From Eledone cirrhosa (lineage: Eukaryota): a DNA stretch of 64,000 nucleotides. Shown here one piece after another: positions 29,439-45,699 of this stretch. The stretch's first letter is position 1. The number at the start of each line of letters is the position of its first letter. Made by a program: the position numbers and the translations under genes. Location of the stretch: NCBI GenBank assembly GCA_964016885.1, contig OZ024740.1, positions 159,464,001 to 159,528,000 on the forward strand. The letters are read 5' to 3'. The notes beneath the pieces were generated by a model that was not told where the DNA came from, did no database searches, and was given only the letters and a program-made list of their open reading frames with translations.

Positions 29439-29499
29439 CCGATGTCCTGTAATTCAGCGCCGAAACATCGGATCGGGAAACATTTACAGCTGACGATGG
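29439..29499 (+). ncRNA. Candidate non-circularly permuted (rearranged) hammerhead ribozyme
   Basis: ccgatg-TC-ctgtaa ... cc-GAAA-catcgg ... ttacag-CTGACGA-tgg. Stems III and I are each perfect 6-bp pairings placed exactly against the core motifs. Confidence 0.72.
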
Positions 29500-29590
29500 A
29501 AACTTCATTCTTCCTTTCTCCTCATGTTCCGTCCTAACCACCATTCTAAACCTTGTTTTTAGTAACCACAGAGCTCCTTTCGTTTCATAT

Positions 29591-29622
<32 letters not shown>

Positions 29623-29625
29623 CAG

Positions 29626-29676
29626 GGCTTCCTGATGATTTCTCCTGAATGAAACGGTTCTAGTTCTGTAGAAGCC
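29626..29676 (+). ncRNA. Type I hammerhead ribozyme
   Basis: ggcttc-CTGATGA-tttctcctgaat-GAAA-cgg ttctagtt ctg-TA-gaagcc. Stem I covaries with 16816-16868. Confidence 0.88.
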
Positions 29677-29718
29677 ATTTCTATATTAAATATATATATA
29701 TATATATGTATATATATA

Positions 29719-29982
29719 TGAATGTATGTATAGTATATTTGGCAATATACCGTATGTTTAATTTAAAACATTTTGAAGTCCATACGTTATCAGTTTTAAA
29801 TTAGTGACGCTGTCACTAACTTCTTTTCGGCGAACGCCGAAAAGAAATGACATAGTCACTAATTTAAAACTGATAACGTATGGTCTTCAAAATGTTTTAA
29901 ATTAAACATACGGTATATTGCCAAATATAGTATACATACATTCGTGTATACATCGCTATTTCAGCGCACCAATTCTAATACC

Positions 29983-29985
<3 letters not shown>
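29719..29985. mobile_element. Palindromic two-armed insertion (probable PLE end)
   Basis: ~110-bp arms centred on TTCTTTTCGGCG-AA-CGCCGAAAAGAA. The right arm has a ~40-nt extension. TA flanks. Confidence 0.7.
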
Positions 29986-30074
<89 letters not shown>

Positions 30075-30333
30075 GTATGTGTATATATGGGGTGAGAATA
30101 TCGAAGAGGTCCTTTCTATGCCTCTGTATGGTCCGTGTTGGGTCCTCCGGCATGTTTTTCCTCTTCTCAACCTCACTTTTCTGTTTCTTTACCCGATTTT
30201 GTTGTCAACCTGCCTGGTAGTGGCATGAATAATATAACCAATGTTCTGAAGAAATCATGATATCTATCGTCATTGAAATATGTATAACGGCTCAATTAAT
30301 AACGGACTCTATCATCTTCAACTTCACATTTCC

Positions 30334-30368
<35 letters not shown>

Positions 30369-30374
30369 CACACA

Positions 30375-30684
30375 CAGAAGTCATCCGGTATTCGCGGGTT
30401 TACGTTCCTAGAGCACCCACGAAGAGTGAAAAGGCGCAAATATTGGACGTGGTCCATAAAAATGTCTATAAACGTCAAAATATAATGTAAAATATAATAA
30501 AAAAGAAGAGGCGTCCAAAAAACCAGCAAATTCAGTATATTGTTATTAATAATTTAGCGTTGAAAATATATATATTGCCACGAAAAAAAGCCATAAAATA
30601 AATCGCGGAAGATATTTACGATTCCGCGAATGTGTGGTGGTTATTAGTTAAGTACAAAATTCCGCGAATACCAGAGGAAAACTG
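30375..30684. mobile_element. Tc1/mariner-pogo-like MITE, second copy (inverted)
   Basis: CAG..GGTATTCGCGG / CCGCGAATACC..ACTG. Reverse-complement similarity to 28187-28535. Confidence 0.75.
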
Positions 30685-31229
30685 TGTATATATATGTGTA
30701 TACGTACATACATATATGTATACAGACGTACAGTAGTATGTATGTATACACATACATGAACACGTATATATGTTCGTAAGGATTTACCGAACATTTATTA
30801 TAATGCTCGGTGTGTTTGTAAACAAACATGCCGAATTAAGACGTACAGTGTTCGGCAACCATCGTTGCTCTTTTGTTCAACACTGACAAAGGAACGATGT
30901 ACTAGTTTCAAGCTTATTAGCTATCGTCAGCACCGTATACCTTCCTGCCAGATGATTGATCGTCTGAAAGTATATACTTTCCTTGTGCATATTAACGGCT
31001 GAGCAGCCTAATTTGCATATCGAGTGAGTTAATCGGCCGGGCGCACCGAAAACGATAAACGGAAAAATGAAACGAAATTTCATTTCTCACTCTTAGTACA
31101 GCTGTTACTTAAATATAAGTATGTATACGTACATACATATGTGTATACAGACGTACAGTAGTATGTATATATATATACATACTACTACCGTACTATGAGT
31201 GAGAAATGAAATTTCGTTTCATTTTTTCC

Positions 31230-31317
<88 letters not shown>

Positions 31318-31406
31318 GTGTGTGCGTTTTTCTCCAAGGTTTTGTCTCATTTTCCCCCGTTCCTTCCTCTTCTCATTTTTTCTTTCTATTTATCTATTTC
31401 TAACTA

Positions 31407-31446
31407 TTTCTTCTGATGAAGGCTTAGTGTCCGAAATGTTAAAAAC
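31407..31446 (+). ncRNA. Minimal hammerhead-like motif with weak stem I
   Basis: tt-CTGATGA-agg cttagtgt cc-GAAA-tg-TT-aa, within a pyrimidine-rich pLTR-like segment. Confidence 0.5.
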
Positions 31447-31618
31447 TTGTTCCTGTTATTTCAAAGCGTTAAACTAATATATTTCTACAATGAACTGTCA
31501 TTTCTTTGCTATTTCTGTTTACCTTTTACTCGATTGCTGGTGGTGGTTCTTGTAGCATATTCCGCGTGTATCAATTACTCATTTGAATTTAAGTTTATTA
31601 TAGATCTTAAACATTTAT

Positions 31619-31650
<32 letters not shown>

Positions 31651-32329
31651 TTCTTACTTTTTTTACCGTGGGCGTAAGCAGTGGGTGAATGTTTCCAATA
31701 ATTACACAATACTATATTGTAAAGACTATATCTAATTGACAAAATTCTTTCTTATATTTGAAGTATCAAAGGTATTTCTTAATCTGAAGCTACAATAGCA
31801 AACACTTCCCAAGGGTTCAAGTGAGATGATATCGAACCATCAAAATTAGACGGTTTGCAAAACTAACATCTTCACCACCCATCCACAGGCGTTTTGGTCC
31901 TATACAACAAAATAGCATTCATTAAATGAACTATATGAATCGTTTTATCTTCTTGTCCTCCTCACATTGATGAAAACAAAACAAGCGGGTGCTTGAAGGT
32001 GTTATAGTATCATCTTATATTCCGAAATATATATATCACCAATTCTAAATGGTACACAAGATTTCAAGAATAAAGAAATCTTTGACATATTGATATATTT
32101 CGAAGTATTAGTAGCATGCTCAGATAACTGTGATATTACACATAAGAGACTCGTAAATGTTTGCCATCTATGGCTAACTTGTTAATTCCTCTCCTACTAT
32201 CTCTCTCTTTCTCTTCCTCGTTGTTCAATTGATTAAAAGACGCACTTTTGAGTCAACTTCAAAAACTTATCGAAACTGTTGTTTTATGTATGTAGAAATG
32301 GATGTATATAGATACATACGAGCATACAC

Positions 32330-34480
<2,151 letters not shown>

Positions 34481-35103
34481 ATACACACAGCCATATTCAT
34501 ATAGTTCCGGCTCAACTGGTAATATCAATATGGCAGTAAATATTTTTCACCAATTTCGTCGTCTTTTCCTCTCTTTCCACCTTTCCTTCATTCTTTCATT
34601 CATTTCTTCTTTCTTATTTTCGTTTGGTCTTTATTTCTTTCGTTTTCATATCTTTTCCTTTATTCTTTATATACAAGATATAAAAGTCTGCTTGGAAACA
34701 TTTGTTTGTCTTGTTATTAGTCTTTTGAGAGTGAATTTAGAAATACAAGAAGCTGATAAACTACATATATATATAATGTGTTTGTATATAAATAAATGTG
34801 TGTGAGCGGATATGTGATTACATAAGTGCGTGTGTTTATATATGTATATGTGTACATACTACCAAGGAGACTGAAGGACAACTATACTGGCACCGTCTAT
34901 AAACAAAAGGTATGTTGCTATATGTATGTAACTATTTTTGCCAACCCAATAAGACTAAACAGATGATTGATTTTTTTTTTTCTCTCTAAGTCTCTTTTTG
35001 CATTATTAGAATGGTGGATTTTAACATTTCTCTCCAAACTATTTCACCTATTCTCTTGTTAGTGTATCCATCTATTTTATTAGCACTATGTTTTCATCTC
35101 TCA

Positions 35104-35139
<36 letters not shown>

Positions 35140-35398
35140 TCTACAAAAAAACATATATATATATATATATATATAAAAATTCTACAAAAAAACATATATA
35201 TATATATATATATATAAAAATTCTACAAAAAAACATATATATATATATATATATACATACACGTTTGTATTTGTAAAGCCAAAACAATGCAGGTATGGAT
35301 ATAGAATATAAATGCAAATGCAAAAGATGTCGTTGACAATTAGTCTTTTACCTTCAATTTATTTAATTATCCTTAATTTTCGAGATAATATCTCTTTT

Positions 35399-35494
35399 TC
35401 GGAGGGAAGTAAAGTTGTTAAACAAGCGTTCTAAATACTAAATAGCTTGCCAAGCTATTTAGAACGTTGGTTTAACAACTTTACTTCACTCCGA
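35399..35494. repeat. Imperfect palindrome (probable PLE two-arm junction)
   Basis: CGGAGGGAAGTAAAGTTGTTAAAC..CTAAATAGCTTG-C-CAAGCTATTTAG..GTTTAACAACTTTACTTCACTCCG. Confidence 0.7.
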
Positions 35495-35589
35495 TAGACT
35501 CACTGTCTATAAAGTTACTCAGTCTGTGTGTTTCACATTGTGGACCCGCTACAATTGGTCTTAATTTAAGATCTGTGTATATGTATATA

Positions 35590-35879
35590 TCATTTCATTC
35601 ATTTCATTTTACGTCCGTTTTTTTCCCTGCTTGCAAGGGTAGGACGGGAACTGATTCTGGCTTGATTTCTACAGCTGGATGCCCTTCCTAACACCAACCT
35701 CATTTACAGTGAGTGCTGGGTGCTTTTTTGCCATGGCACCTCCACGACCACTTTGCAGTGGAATGATAGGGACCCCAGCTCCTATGATCTCATTTCTACA
35801 GCTGAGTAAACTGGAGCAATGTGAAATAAAGTGTCTTGCTCAAGGAAACAACACATCACCCGGTCTGAGAATTGAACTC

Positions 35880-35883
<4 letters not shown>
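35590..35883 (-). mobile_element. tRNA-derived SINE with RTE-derived 3' tail (head clipped by a TA tract)
   Basis: Highly similar to 55196-55518. The tail GTTGGTGTTAGGAAGGGCATCCAGCTGTAGAAA matches the RTE 3'UTR at 59200-59240. Confidence 0.85.
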
Positions 35884-35949
<66 letters not shown>

Positions 35950-36554
35950 ATCCTCTATCTACATATCTATCTACTCATCTGTCCAGCTATATAGTTATTA
36001 TCCCTCTATTTATCTACATATCTATTTACTCGTATACCTATTTATCCACCCATCTATCTATCCCTAACTATCTATATATCTGTTACTATCTACCTTTTTC
36101 TATCTATTTTTATGTATCTATTTCTGTCTCTCTGTTTTTGTTTGTCTCCGTATGTTTCTATTTTATTTTCCTTTCTTAATTTCAATGATTTCATTTACCT
36201 ATGTATATATTCTTATTTTTTTGTGTTTAATGGTGATTGGCACAATTTAGTAGTGCTGGAATGATTGCTTTACACTATTTATGTTTCTTTACACTCCAAG
36301 TTGAAATGTCGTTGAAGTCAATATTGCTTTTCGCACCTCCATGGTTGATATTATACAGTATTTGTCAAACACTTGGGGTAGGATAAGCAACCATATCCAT
36401 TCCTCTAACTCTGAGGGCTTTCACCTTTGTAAGAAATGGTTTCAAAAGAATCATTATAGAACATTGTGATATGCATTCTGGCTCTTCATGTTTTGAGTTC
36501 ATATGCCATAGAAGTCAAGTTTCATCATTCCTGGATTAATAAAAAAAAAAAAAA

Positions 36555-38986
36555 AAGGCAGGCTACTGGAATCGTGAGAGAATTGGAGAATTGGATGAGA
36601 TGCCTCATAGCCTTTGTTCTGCCTCTTCACATTCTGAGTTCAAATCCTGCCGAGGTGAGCTTTGCCTTTCATCCTCACGGGGTAAAAAAAATAAAATAAA
36701 GTACCAGTAATTCATTGGCGCTGATTTAATCAACTTTCCTTTTCACCAAAAAACGTTGGTCTTGTGCCTAAATCAGAAACCATTATAATAATTTTTAAAG
36801 GTGAATTGCACAATTTGATGCATTGTCAGATAAATTGCTTTGTACTATTTAATTATGTCCATTCACATTGAGTTCAAATCCTACTAAATTCATATTTGCT
36901 TTTCAACATTCAGGGTTTGATGAAATAAGTACAATCAAGTACTTGGGTTGATATAACCCCTTTATTCTAACTTAAGTACCATACCACTTGTATAAGAAGA
37001 ATATCATTGGACCTCTTTGTTACGACCATCCATACCAATTTATTTTTCTCTTTCATGTAAATACTCTAAATGTGGGGTTGCATCAGATTTATTTGTATAT
37101 GATGTACTCTATCATCTCTCTTTGTGTGCTGCTCTTCATCACTCTCTCTCATCATTACCCAGCCCTGTTCCCTTCAATCACCCTCTCTCTCATGAACAAA
37201 TATGTAGCTACTATCACTATTTTTATTTCATAATACCTCCAGTATTGGCTCGTTCTTCTATTCACCCTTAGTCACATTACCTTGAGAAAAATGAAGACTA
37301 GTGTGTGCTATAATAAAATGCACATAACACACTCTGTAAATTGGTTGACAAATGACTGAAGACAACACAGATTTGAGATAATCCTTTATTATGGATGCGA
37401 GTATGACAACCCCCCAAGGGCTGGTGCCATGATAAAATGTACTTAGTACACATTGTAAAGTGGTTAGTGTTAATGCTTCCAAATGTAGGAACCAAGCCAA
37501 AAATGCAATTTATAAGAAAATGTCCTATGAAACTGGCTTGTTATGTGTCAACCAAACTAACAAATACTTGTTATGGCTGTTCCTTTCTGAGACCAAAGCC
37601 TGAACAAGATGTTTGTGTTGGAGACCAGCAGTTGTCCATACATACCAGTCCTCCTCACCACACCACCAATGTCATCCAAGATTGATACAGCTTCACCAGC
37701 AACATCACAACTCATTTATACCAGCTTATGAGGATTAACAAGCAAACAAGAAATATGAGATGAAACAGACAGATTATAATAGTTGCTAATTCTATTTTCA
37801 TTTTTTTAATTAAATATATGGCAGAAACTTTGTAAGTATTTTAGTCTAATTCTAGCCTCAATTGTAGCCTTCAATTTACTTTACTAAAGTAATAATTGTT
37901 TCTACTTTTGGCACAAAGCCAGCAATTACCCAGTGCATTACTGGTTCTTTATTTTATCAACCCCGTAAGGATGAAAGGCAAAGTTAACCTTGACGGAATT
38001 TGAACTCAGACTGTAAAGGGACGTAACTATGCTGGAAAGCATGGCGTCCAACACTCTATCGATACTGCCAATTCACTGCCTTTCTAAAGTAATAATGGTT
38101 TCTACATTTGGCACAAGGCCAGTAATTTTCAGAGAAGGGGAACATCGATTAAATCGACCCCAGTGCATGACTGGTACTTTATTTTATAGACCACGAAAGG
38201 ATAAATGGCAAAGTTCACCTCAGTGGGATTTGAACTTTGGACAGAAAGAGCTGTAACTAAAATGTTTCCCACACTCTAACTATTCTACCAATCAACTGCC
38301 CAACTTACTGAAGTAATAATAAAAGAAACTCTATGTACATGTACAACATTGTTAAAGACCATGATAGGATGATAGTGATCATCATCATCATGAAAAGGAT
38401 GGCAAAGATAGAGATTGTGGTGGATGTGACAGTGATGTCGGGATATAAAAAAGGATAACTATGATGATAGCGGTGGTAATAATGAGGTCGATGATGATGA
38501 TGGTATTAAAATAGATGCTAGCAATTCTGATTCCTAAAGAGCTTTTTTATTGTTTTTAATTTCTCTGCAAGAATATAATTCTGGAAGTAACATAGAAACA
38601 CCAAAACCTCGGATATGAAGATAATCCGTTTAAGTATCGATCGATTTGCTTAAAAAGAAAAATTCCCCCACCCCTCAGAAAATAGTAATAAAAGAAGCAA
38701 AAAAAAACCTTGATGTAAAAATACTACTAAATGAAATACATATAAATACATACAAATGAAATAACAAAAATAAATTCATAAAAAATATGAAAGACCATTG
38801 AAAAAAAAAATGGTATGTATATATATATATATACACATATATGGTGTTCTATAAATGTAAATATATATATGTATATATATATATGTTCTATAAATGTAAA
38901 TATATATATATGTAAATATATAAGGTTATATATATATATATATATATATACATATATATAGATATATGTTGTTCCATAAATGTTAA

Positions 38987-39058
<72 letters not shown>

Positions 39059-39594
39059 TATATACATTTATATACATATTTGTTTTATAAATGTTAATGT
39101 ATATATATATATATATGTGTGTATGTGTGTGTGTTGTATAGGTAATAATCTTAATCCAGTTACTTAGTTAAGTATAATGGAGTTTGGAGTCTGAATTCTG
39201 AAAGGGCAAATATCAATATACAAAAGTGTGTAAGTATATGTGTTTGAGAATGTATATATATTTCAGTCTATATGTGGGTTTATAACTGTGTGGGTATGTA
39301 TATGAGGGAATCTATATCAATATGCGTATATTGACGTACTTCTGCTTGTATGTGTGTGTGTGTGCACAATCACATACTTAACAAAACATGTTATTTGATG
39401 TATCATTTTTTTTGTAAATGTATATGTATATGCATATCTATATCTCCACACATTCTTCCCCACTCTGTATTTCACACACATTCCTCTTCCTCTCTCTCTC
39501 TCTCTCTCTCCCTATTTGAATGTATTTATAAATAAATACATGTGTGTGTCGGTGTATATATAAAGTATATGCAAATATATATGTGCACAGGTGA

Positions 39595-39625
<31 letters not shown>

Positions 39626-42600
39626 CATTATATATATACTTATTAATGTGTGTGTATATATATATATATATATATGTATATAAAAAAACACACATTATAT
39701 AGAGTAACTCTTACAAAGTCAGCTTTGGGCATTCCTAGCAGAGCAGTCTGAAATAAACCTGCTCTACTATTAATCTTGCTAATACTGCAGTTTCATCTGA
39801 TAACAAGATATTCGTGTGTAAAAATCTATACTATGTGAGAAAGACAATGGATGGTTCTCCCATCCACTAACAGGTGAACATTTATTTATACTTTCAAAAA
39901 ATCCATCTGAAAGTCTGAATATGGGCTGTTGTATATTATGGAATCGCCAATATTTCTTTATGCTATGTCGCTATTGCACACTGACATTACACATTAATTG
40001 GAGCAGATTCGACTCATTCATGTCTAGCTTCTACAGGTCTTAAGCAGTTAAAGCCCATTTTCACTGCCATGTAGCTTTGGAGTGCCCACACAGGCATCCT
40101 ACAGTCTATCCTTCACTCAGAGAGAAAAGTATTGTGTTGCTAGCAGTGACACACACACACATACATACACATACAGTACAGTACACATATTGGCAGTCAT
40201 TAGAACATCGGATAGAATACTTTGCAGTATTTGTTTTGGCTGTCTTCTCTCTGAGTTCAAATCCCATCGAGGTCAACTTTGTCATCTTTTTGAAATTGAT
40301 AAAAAGTACCAGTCTAGTACTGGGGTTACTTCTTCCTCTATATCTCTTTCTAACTTCCATTCTCTCACTCTCTACCCTTCTATGGAAGAGATCCACTGTA
40401 TTCATACCTGGAGAGAGAAGGGCTCTGCCAGGTTTAAAAAACTGCCCTAGAAAAAATTGTTTTTCAATACAGTATCCCTATGGCTCCACTAGGAGTTACG
40501 GGACCATGCATGCATGCATATACACATAGACACACACATATATATACATAAGGGCAAAGTGTCTGTATGCAACGCATGCCTTTTTTCCAGGATAAATCAT
40601 TTTCATGTAATATAAAACTAATTAAGTTTTACTATCCTCATTGTACACATGATTTTTTTTTTCCTTAAATTCTTAGGATAAATTGTAAACAAGCAACTCC
40701 CTTTACGATCTGAGTTCAATTCCCGCCGAGGTTTACTTTGCCTTTCATCCTTACAGGGTCGATAAAATAAAGTACCAGTAATGTACTGGGATAATTGCTG
40801 GCCTTGTGCCCAAAGTAGAAACAATTATTTAAGTAGAGAAAGCTCCTGTTTGCTTAGCAAAAAAAAAAGATTGCTTTCATTTTCTATTTCCTTTGAGCAG
40901 GGAATATGAAAGAAGGAAAAAAATGAGTGCAAGTGAGGTTAAAGAGAGTAAAGCAAAATTCTATTTCTCTTTCCATAAGGGTGAAAGGTAAAGTTGGTGG
41001 AATTCGAACCCAGAACCTAAATGGCCGTAACTTTATGCCAAAAAACATGTTGTCCAATATTACATTCACAGATGAGAGGGAGAAATAATTTTTTGGAGGG
41101 GAGGAGTAGATCTTCACTGCCCCATTCTCCACCATGGCAATTGGCCTGCATCATGGACTGCATGCCCTGCTTTCCAAGTTACCCTTTTCCACAGATAAAC
41201 AAACACACACACACATGCACGCATATACAAATGATGCAAAAAGAAAAAGGAAACTTCCAGGGTGTGTTAATGTGGAACGTACTAGTGTATTCTGGTTATA
41301 GATCTTCAGATTTACCAAGCGCACTAGGTTATATAATGAAATATTTGCATGAAAACCAGATGCTGGGGCTTGCCAAGAAAGAATAAAACAAACTTGCATC
41401 CCCTAAATACAATCAATTAATTATACAATGAATATTTGCTTGCAAATTCTAAGATTCTCCATTTGAGTTTCCTTTAATGAACACACAGAGAAATACCTAT
41501 TTATGCACACATCGTACAGACTGTAGTACTAAAGAGTCAAAATAAAGTACGCATGACTTTAAGTATATTCACTTGTGCATTGTACATAATAGATAATTTA
41601 TTTATTTTAAAATCTCTGGAATTATCTTAATCCAAACAAAAATGTCTTTTTACATTGTTAGTGACCAACTTGATTTCTGAAAATATTAACTTAAATAAAT
41701 CTCAAAGAAGCATACATATGTATGTGTGTGTGTGTGTGTATGTATATATATATATATAATGTTTGTGTTGATATGTATGTGTGTGTGTATAAATCTCTCT
41801 ATATATATGTATACACACGCATATATATATATATATATATACATACCAATATAGATACAATCACTCACACATACATACTTTCAGTTAGTCTATCATTCTT
41901 AATTAAGATGCAAGAGCATCAGCTATAAACAAAATTCAAGCCATATCTGTCAACAGACATATGCTGCATAATAATATATATATTCATAGTCAGGTTTTAG
42001 TTTTATATTTTACATATTAAGTCTGTCTTTCACTAGATTTTCTTCACCTCAGATTATAATAATTTCTTATCAAACCAGTGAGGAGGCTTGTATGTGTTTG
42101 TTCTGCTTGTCAGAAATTGTAGCCTCATTTTCTCTGTCTTTTTAACTATCAAGGGTCAAATATTTTAGTGTGCTCCTCCATATATAATTTACTAAAGTGA
42201 AATACAAAGAATGTTTGGTTGCTATTTCTAATAAGTCATATAACTCCTATATGTGCTCCTTTCTCGGTCTGAAATCTGTATGATAATATCATCAGAGAAA
42301 TCAAGAAATCAGTAAGAAATGAAAAATGAAAATAAAAGAAAAGGATAGATTCATTGAGAAGGACAGGTTTGAGGGTGTTGCTAGATGGGATAAAGTTAAA
42401 TACTTTTATTCTTTTCTTTCATTCTGTTGCTGGTTTCAGTCATTAGACTGTGGCCATATTGGAACACTGTCTTGAAAGGATATAACCAATCAGTACTTAT
42501 TTTTATTTATACATGGTGCTTATTTTATCAATTTCTTTTTGTTGAACTGTTAAGTTATCAGACATAAATACAGGCTTCCTCACACACACGCACCTACATA

Positions 42601-44070
42601 CATATAGGCAGATGGCTCCTACATGTAATGTGTGTGTGTATATATATGTGTGTTTCACATTAGGCTTTAGTAGACGGTACTTGGCCAAGGTACCACATAG
42701 TTGTGAAGTGAACTCCTTATCTACACCACCATGCTTGTACCTATATATTGTAAAATATTCTAAAAAATGAGAAAACTACATTGATATGAATGAATTTAAC
42801 TACAGGAAAGGTGAAATATATTCAGTGTAGCTGCACATTCTATTACTATCTATTCATAATTTATAAAAAAATCTCTCTTATTCTATGTAGAAGTACATAT
42901 GTAAATAGAGGAAGGGGTTGTTTGCATGTGTGTATATTTATATATGTTTAAGCATTCATTCATGCATATAAACAGATATATGTAAATAGCTCCAACACAT
43001 AACATACATAGATAGCTCCTACAGTAATTTGTTCAAAGAAATCAGAACAGAGATTGACAAATGGGATTGCAAAGTAAAGAGACATGCAAAAAGCTTCATA
43101 CTTCCATCAATGTTTCTTTTTATTCTCATCCTCATTGTCCCTTGAGATATATGCATTACCTTCTATGATAAGTTCTTCATAAACTTAATGCCTGAACTCA
43201 TTTCAATTCCATGCTATAATTTTTTTTGATTCCATTCCTAACCACATTTAATAAAGATAGAAAGGACACTTTAGTCTTGCTGGGGACATGACAACCATTT
43301 TATTGCTGGTGCCACAATGTGTACCTGGTACATCCTGTAGAGTGAAGACAACATAGGATTAATGGGACACTCTTGTCTTGTTGAGGACATGACAGTTTCT
43401 ATGATGCAGGCACCATCATAGAATACATGCAATATGTTGTAGAGGAAGATAAGACAGTTTCCACTTTGCTGGTGCCACTAGAGATTACACCTAGTATACT
43501 CTGTTAAGTGATTGATAGTAGGAAGGGTATCTAACCATAATAACCATGCCAACAATGAAACATTTGAGAGATTGTCCTTCAACCCATCTAAAGGAGCAGT
43601 AAACCCCACCCAAATAAGTAAGCCAGCTGCTAAATACCAGTACAGTAAATGGAAGTAAAATGGTGATGATGGTTACAGGAACGAATTTTTCCTTTTTTCC
43701 TCTGTGTTTTTCATTTTTCCAATTTGAATTTTTTGTCAGTGTTGTCAGAAGTCTTAAAATGTTATATTTATTATTTTATGACTTAATCAGAAAAAGATGG
43801 GCAATGCTTTTAATTTCCCAGGACCTTGAAAAATTGGCAGAGAAAGATTGGAAACTATATTTCATAGGTTGTTGTTTTTCTTTAGCCCTAGGATAGCCCT
43901 GAATAATTGTACCTATAAAGAAAGGCATTAAGGGTGATAAATTGACAGGATTGATAGAGCATAGGACAAGATTCCTTGTGGTGTTTGTTCTGGCTCTCTG
44001 TGATCTGAGTTCAAATTCCACTGAGCTCAAGTTTGCTTTTCATCCTTCCTGAATGAATGAAATAAAGTGC
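36555..44070. mobile_element. Cluster of dispersed copies of the 29012-type SINE (approx. 36560-36790+, 37895-38075-, 38095-38300-, 40190-40325+, 40700-40830+, 40940-41050-, 43940-44070+)
   Basis: Each has CTGAGTTCAAAT + (A/G)CTTTG(C/T)CTTTCATCC + AAGTACCAG and/or GGCCTTGTGCC.AAAGTAGAAAC. The span is not one element. Confidence 0.75.
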
Positions 44071-44653
44071 CTGCACAGTGTGATGGAGTGGCAGAATTGT
44101 TAGTCAGACTCATTGCATTGAGGTGTTTGTTCTGACTATTTCACCTTGGCCTACTTGGATGGTAGCCTTTTCTGTCACACACTTAAATCTACCATCTTGT
44201 CCTTTGGTATCTTTAATAGAGTCCACTCTGCTGCAATCATATGGGCAAGGTCACAGAGCCTAGAGAACCAGAACAAATGCTACAAAGGACTCTGATACTG
44301 ATAATCCTCAACCTCTTTGTAAGTGGTATATTGGTCACATGACCACAGTCCTATGACTAGAACAGATAAAAGCATTTAAAAAATACAATTACAGTGAAAT
44401 ATATACCAGCAGCAGGAAGTGAAAACCAAATGCATCTGAGTCAACTTAACAAAAAACGTAAACTTTCCCTTATCACAGCAGAATGTCCTGCATCTATGGA
44501 TTATACAAGATTTTCTTACTTGCATTTGGCAAAACAAGCCAAGACAGGAACAAAAAAGTCACAATAAGAAATATTTGTCAGAAACAATATATACATACAT
44601 ATCTATCTATCTATCTATATCTATATATATATCTATATGTATCTCTCTCTCTC

Positions 44654-44684
<31 letters not shown>

Positions 44685-44739
44685 CACACACCACACACCA
44701 CACACCACACATACATACATATCTTGGTTGTACATTGTA

Positions 44740-45430
44740 AACGATGATGACATCTTCTTTATTGTTGTTCCCATCTGCCGTGGGCACGAAGGTGGCTGTG
44801 GAGGCCCATCCTTGACTTGCAGGTCTGGGGACAGTGGGGGCAGAGGAAGAGACCGGAGTCAAACTGGCAACTCCCAGAGGTTACCTCCACCTCTCGCCCA
44901 TCACCGCAGGGCTTTGGGAGTGCACACTAAAGAAGAAACCTGTGCGGGAGAGGTTTATAGTGGGCGGGCCAGTGCACAGTGATGGTCCCACTCACTCGGC
45001 CACAGAAGCCAGAATCCAGTGGTACAGAGGACCATTACGACCAGGGACTTCCTTGGCTGCAGTGGATGGCCACGATGTCTGTAGTGCCTTGCCGTGCCCT
45101 GGCGCTCCACACCGCTTGCTGTCGCCGCCTTCGTGACCATTGGGACGATGTTGTCCACCTCCACTCACTCCGCCGGGTCCAGTCTTCGCATGCAGGGGCA
45201 GGCATCTCCTATCTAACTCACCGGGGTTTCAGAGCCGTCCGGCTACCCTCAACCTGGTTCGGCCCGCCAGCCGAGGCGGTATACCGGGGTGTGGACGCTG
45301 TCGCATGCTACAGCTTCTTGGGGCCACAGGTGAGAGCTGAGTGTCAGGTGGGACACAATGCAGCTCGAGCTGTCCAGAAAAGGACATGGCTAGCCCTCCC
45401 TACAGAGGTACATGCCCCTCTCTGACACCC
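44740..45430. mobile_element. GC-rich RTE-like 5'UTR/non-autonomous derivative
   Basis: Sharp GC-rich island between microsatellites. Shares AAACTGGCAAC and TAAA..AAACCTG motifs with 19012-19200 and 45488-45665. No recognisable protein. Confidence 0.45.
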
Positions 45431-45487
45431 CAGGCATATACACACGCATATACATACACATATGTACATGTGTATATACATATTTAC

Positions 45488-45685
45488 ACAATTTTGGATG
45501 GCCGTTGACTCTTATGAGTTCTTCCGCCCTTTGTCAGGTTTTCTTTTTTTGTCCTGCAGGATGTCCTAAATCATCCTCCGCCCCAAGTAAACTTGGTAGG
45601 GTTGCCAGTTTAGTTGCCGACGACCCGGCTATGTGACGTTTGTACTGGTTTACATGTTACCAGTAGTACTCAAGAGTGACCTAAC
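45488..45685 (-). mobile_element. RTE-like 5' segment homologous to 19012-19200
   Basis: Collinear similarity over ~180 bp. Confidence 0.65.
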
Positions 45686-45699
45686 ATAACATGACATAC

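Noticed and set aside
29490-29510. Reading CTGACGA-tg-GAAA-cttc as a canonical minimal hammerhead
   Set aside because: There is no room for stem II and no downstream complement to ttacag. The rearranged pairing explains the flanks far better.
39700-44580. Host exons or enhancers in unique-looking stretches (e.g. ORF 41021-41386; TGAGTCA/GGAAGT motifs near 44420)
   Set aside because: No recognisable protein or supported splice structure, and short motifs are expected by chance. Small exons cannot be excluded without RNA data.
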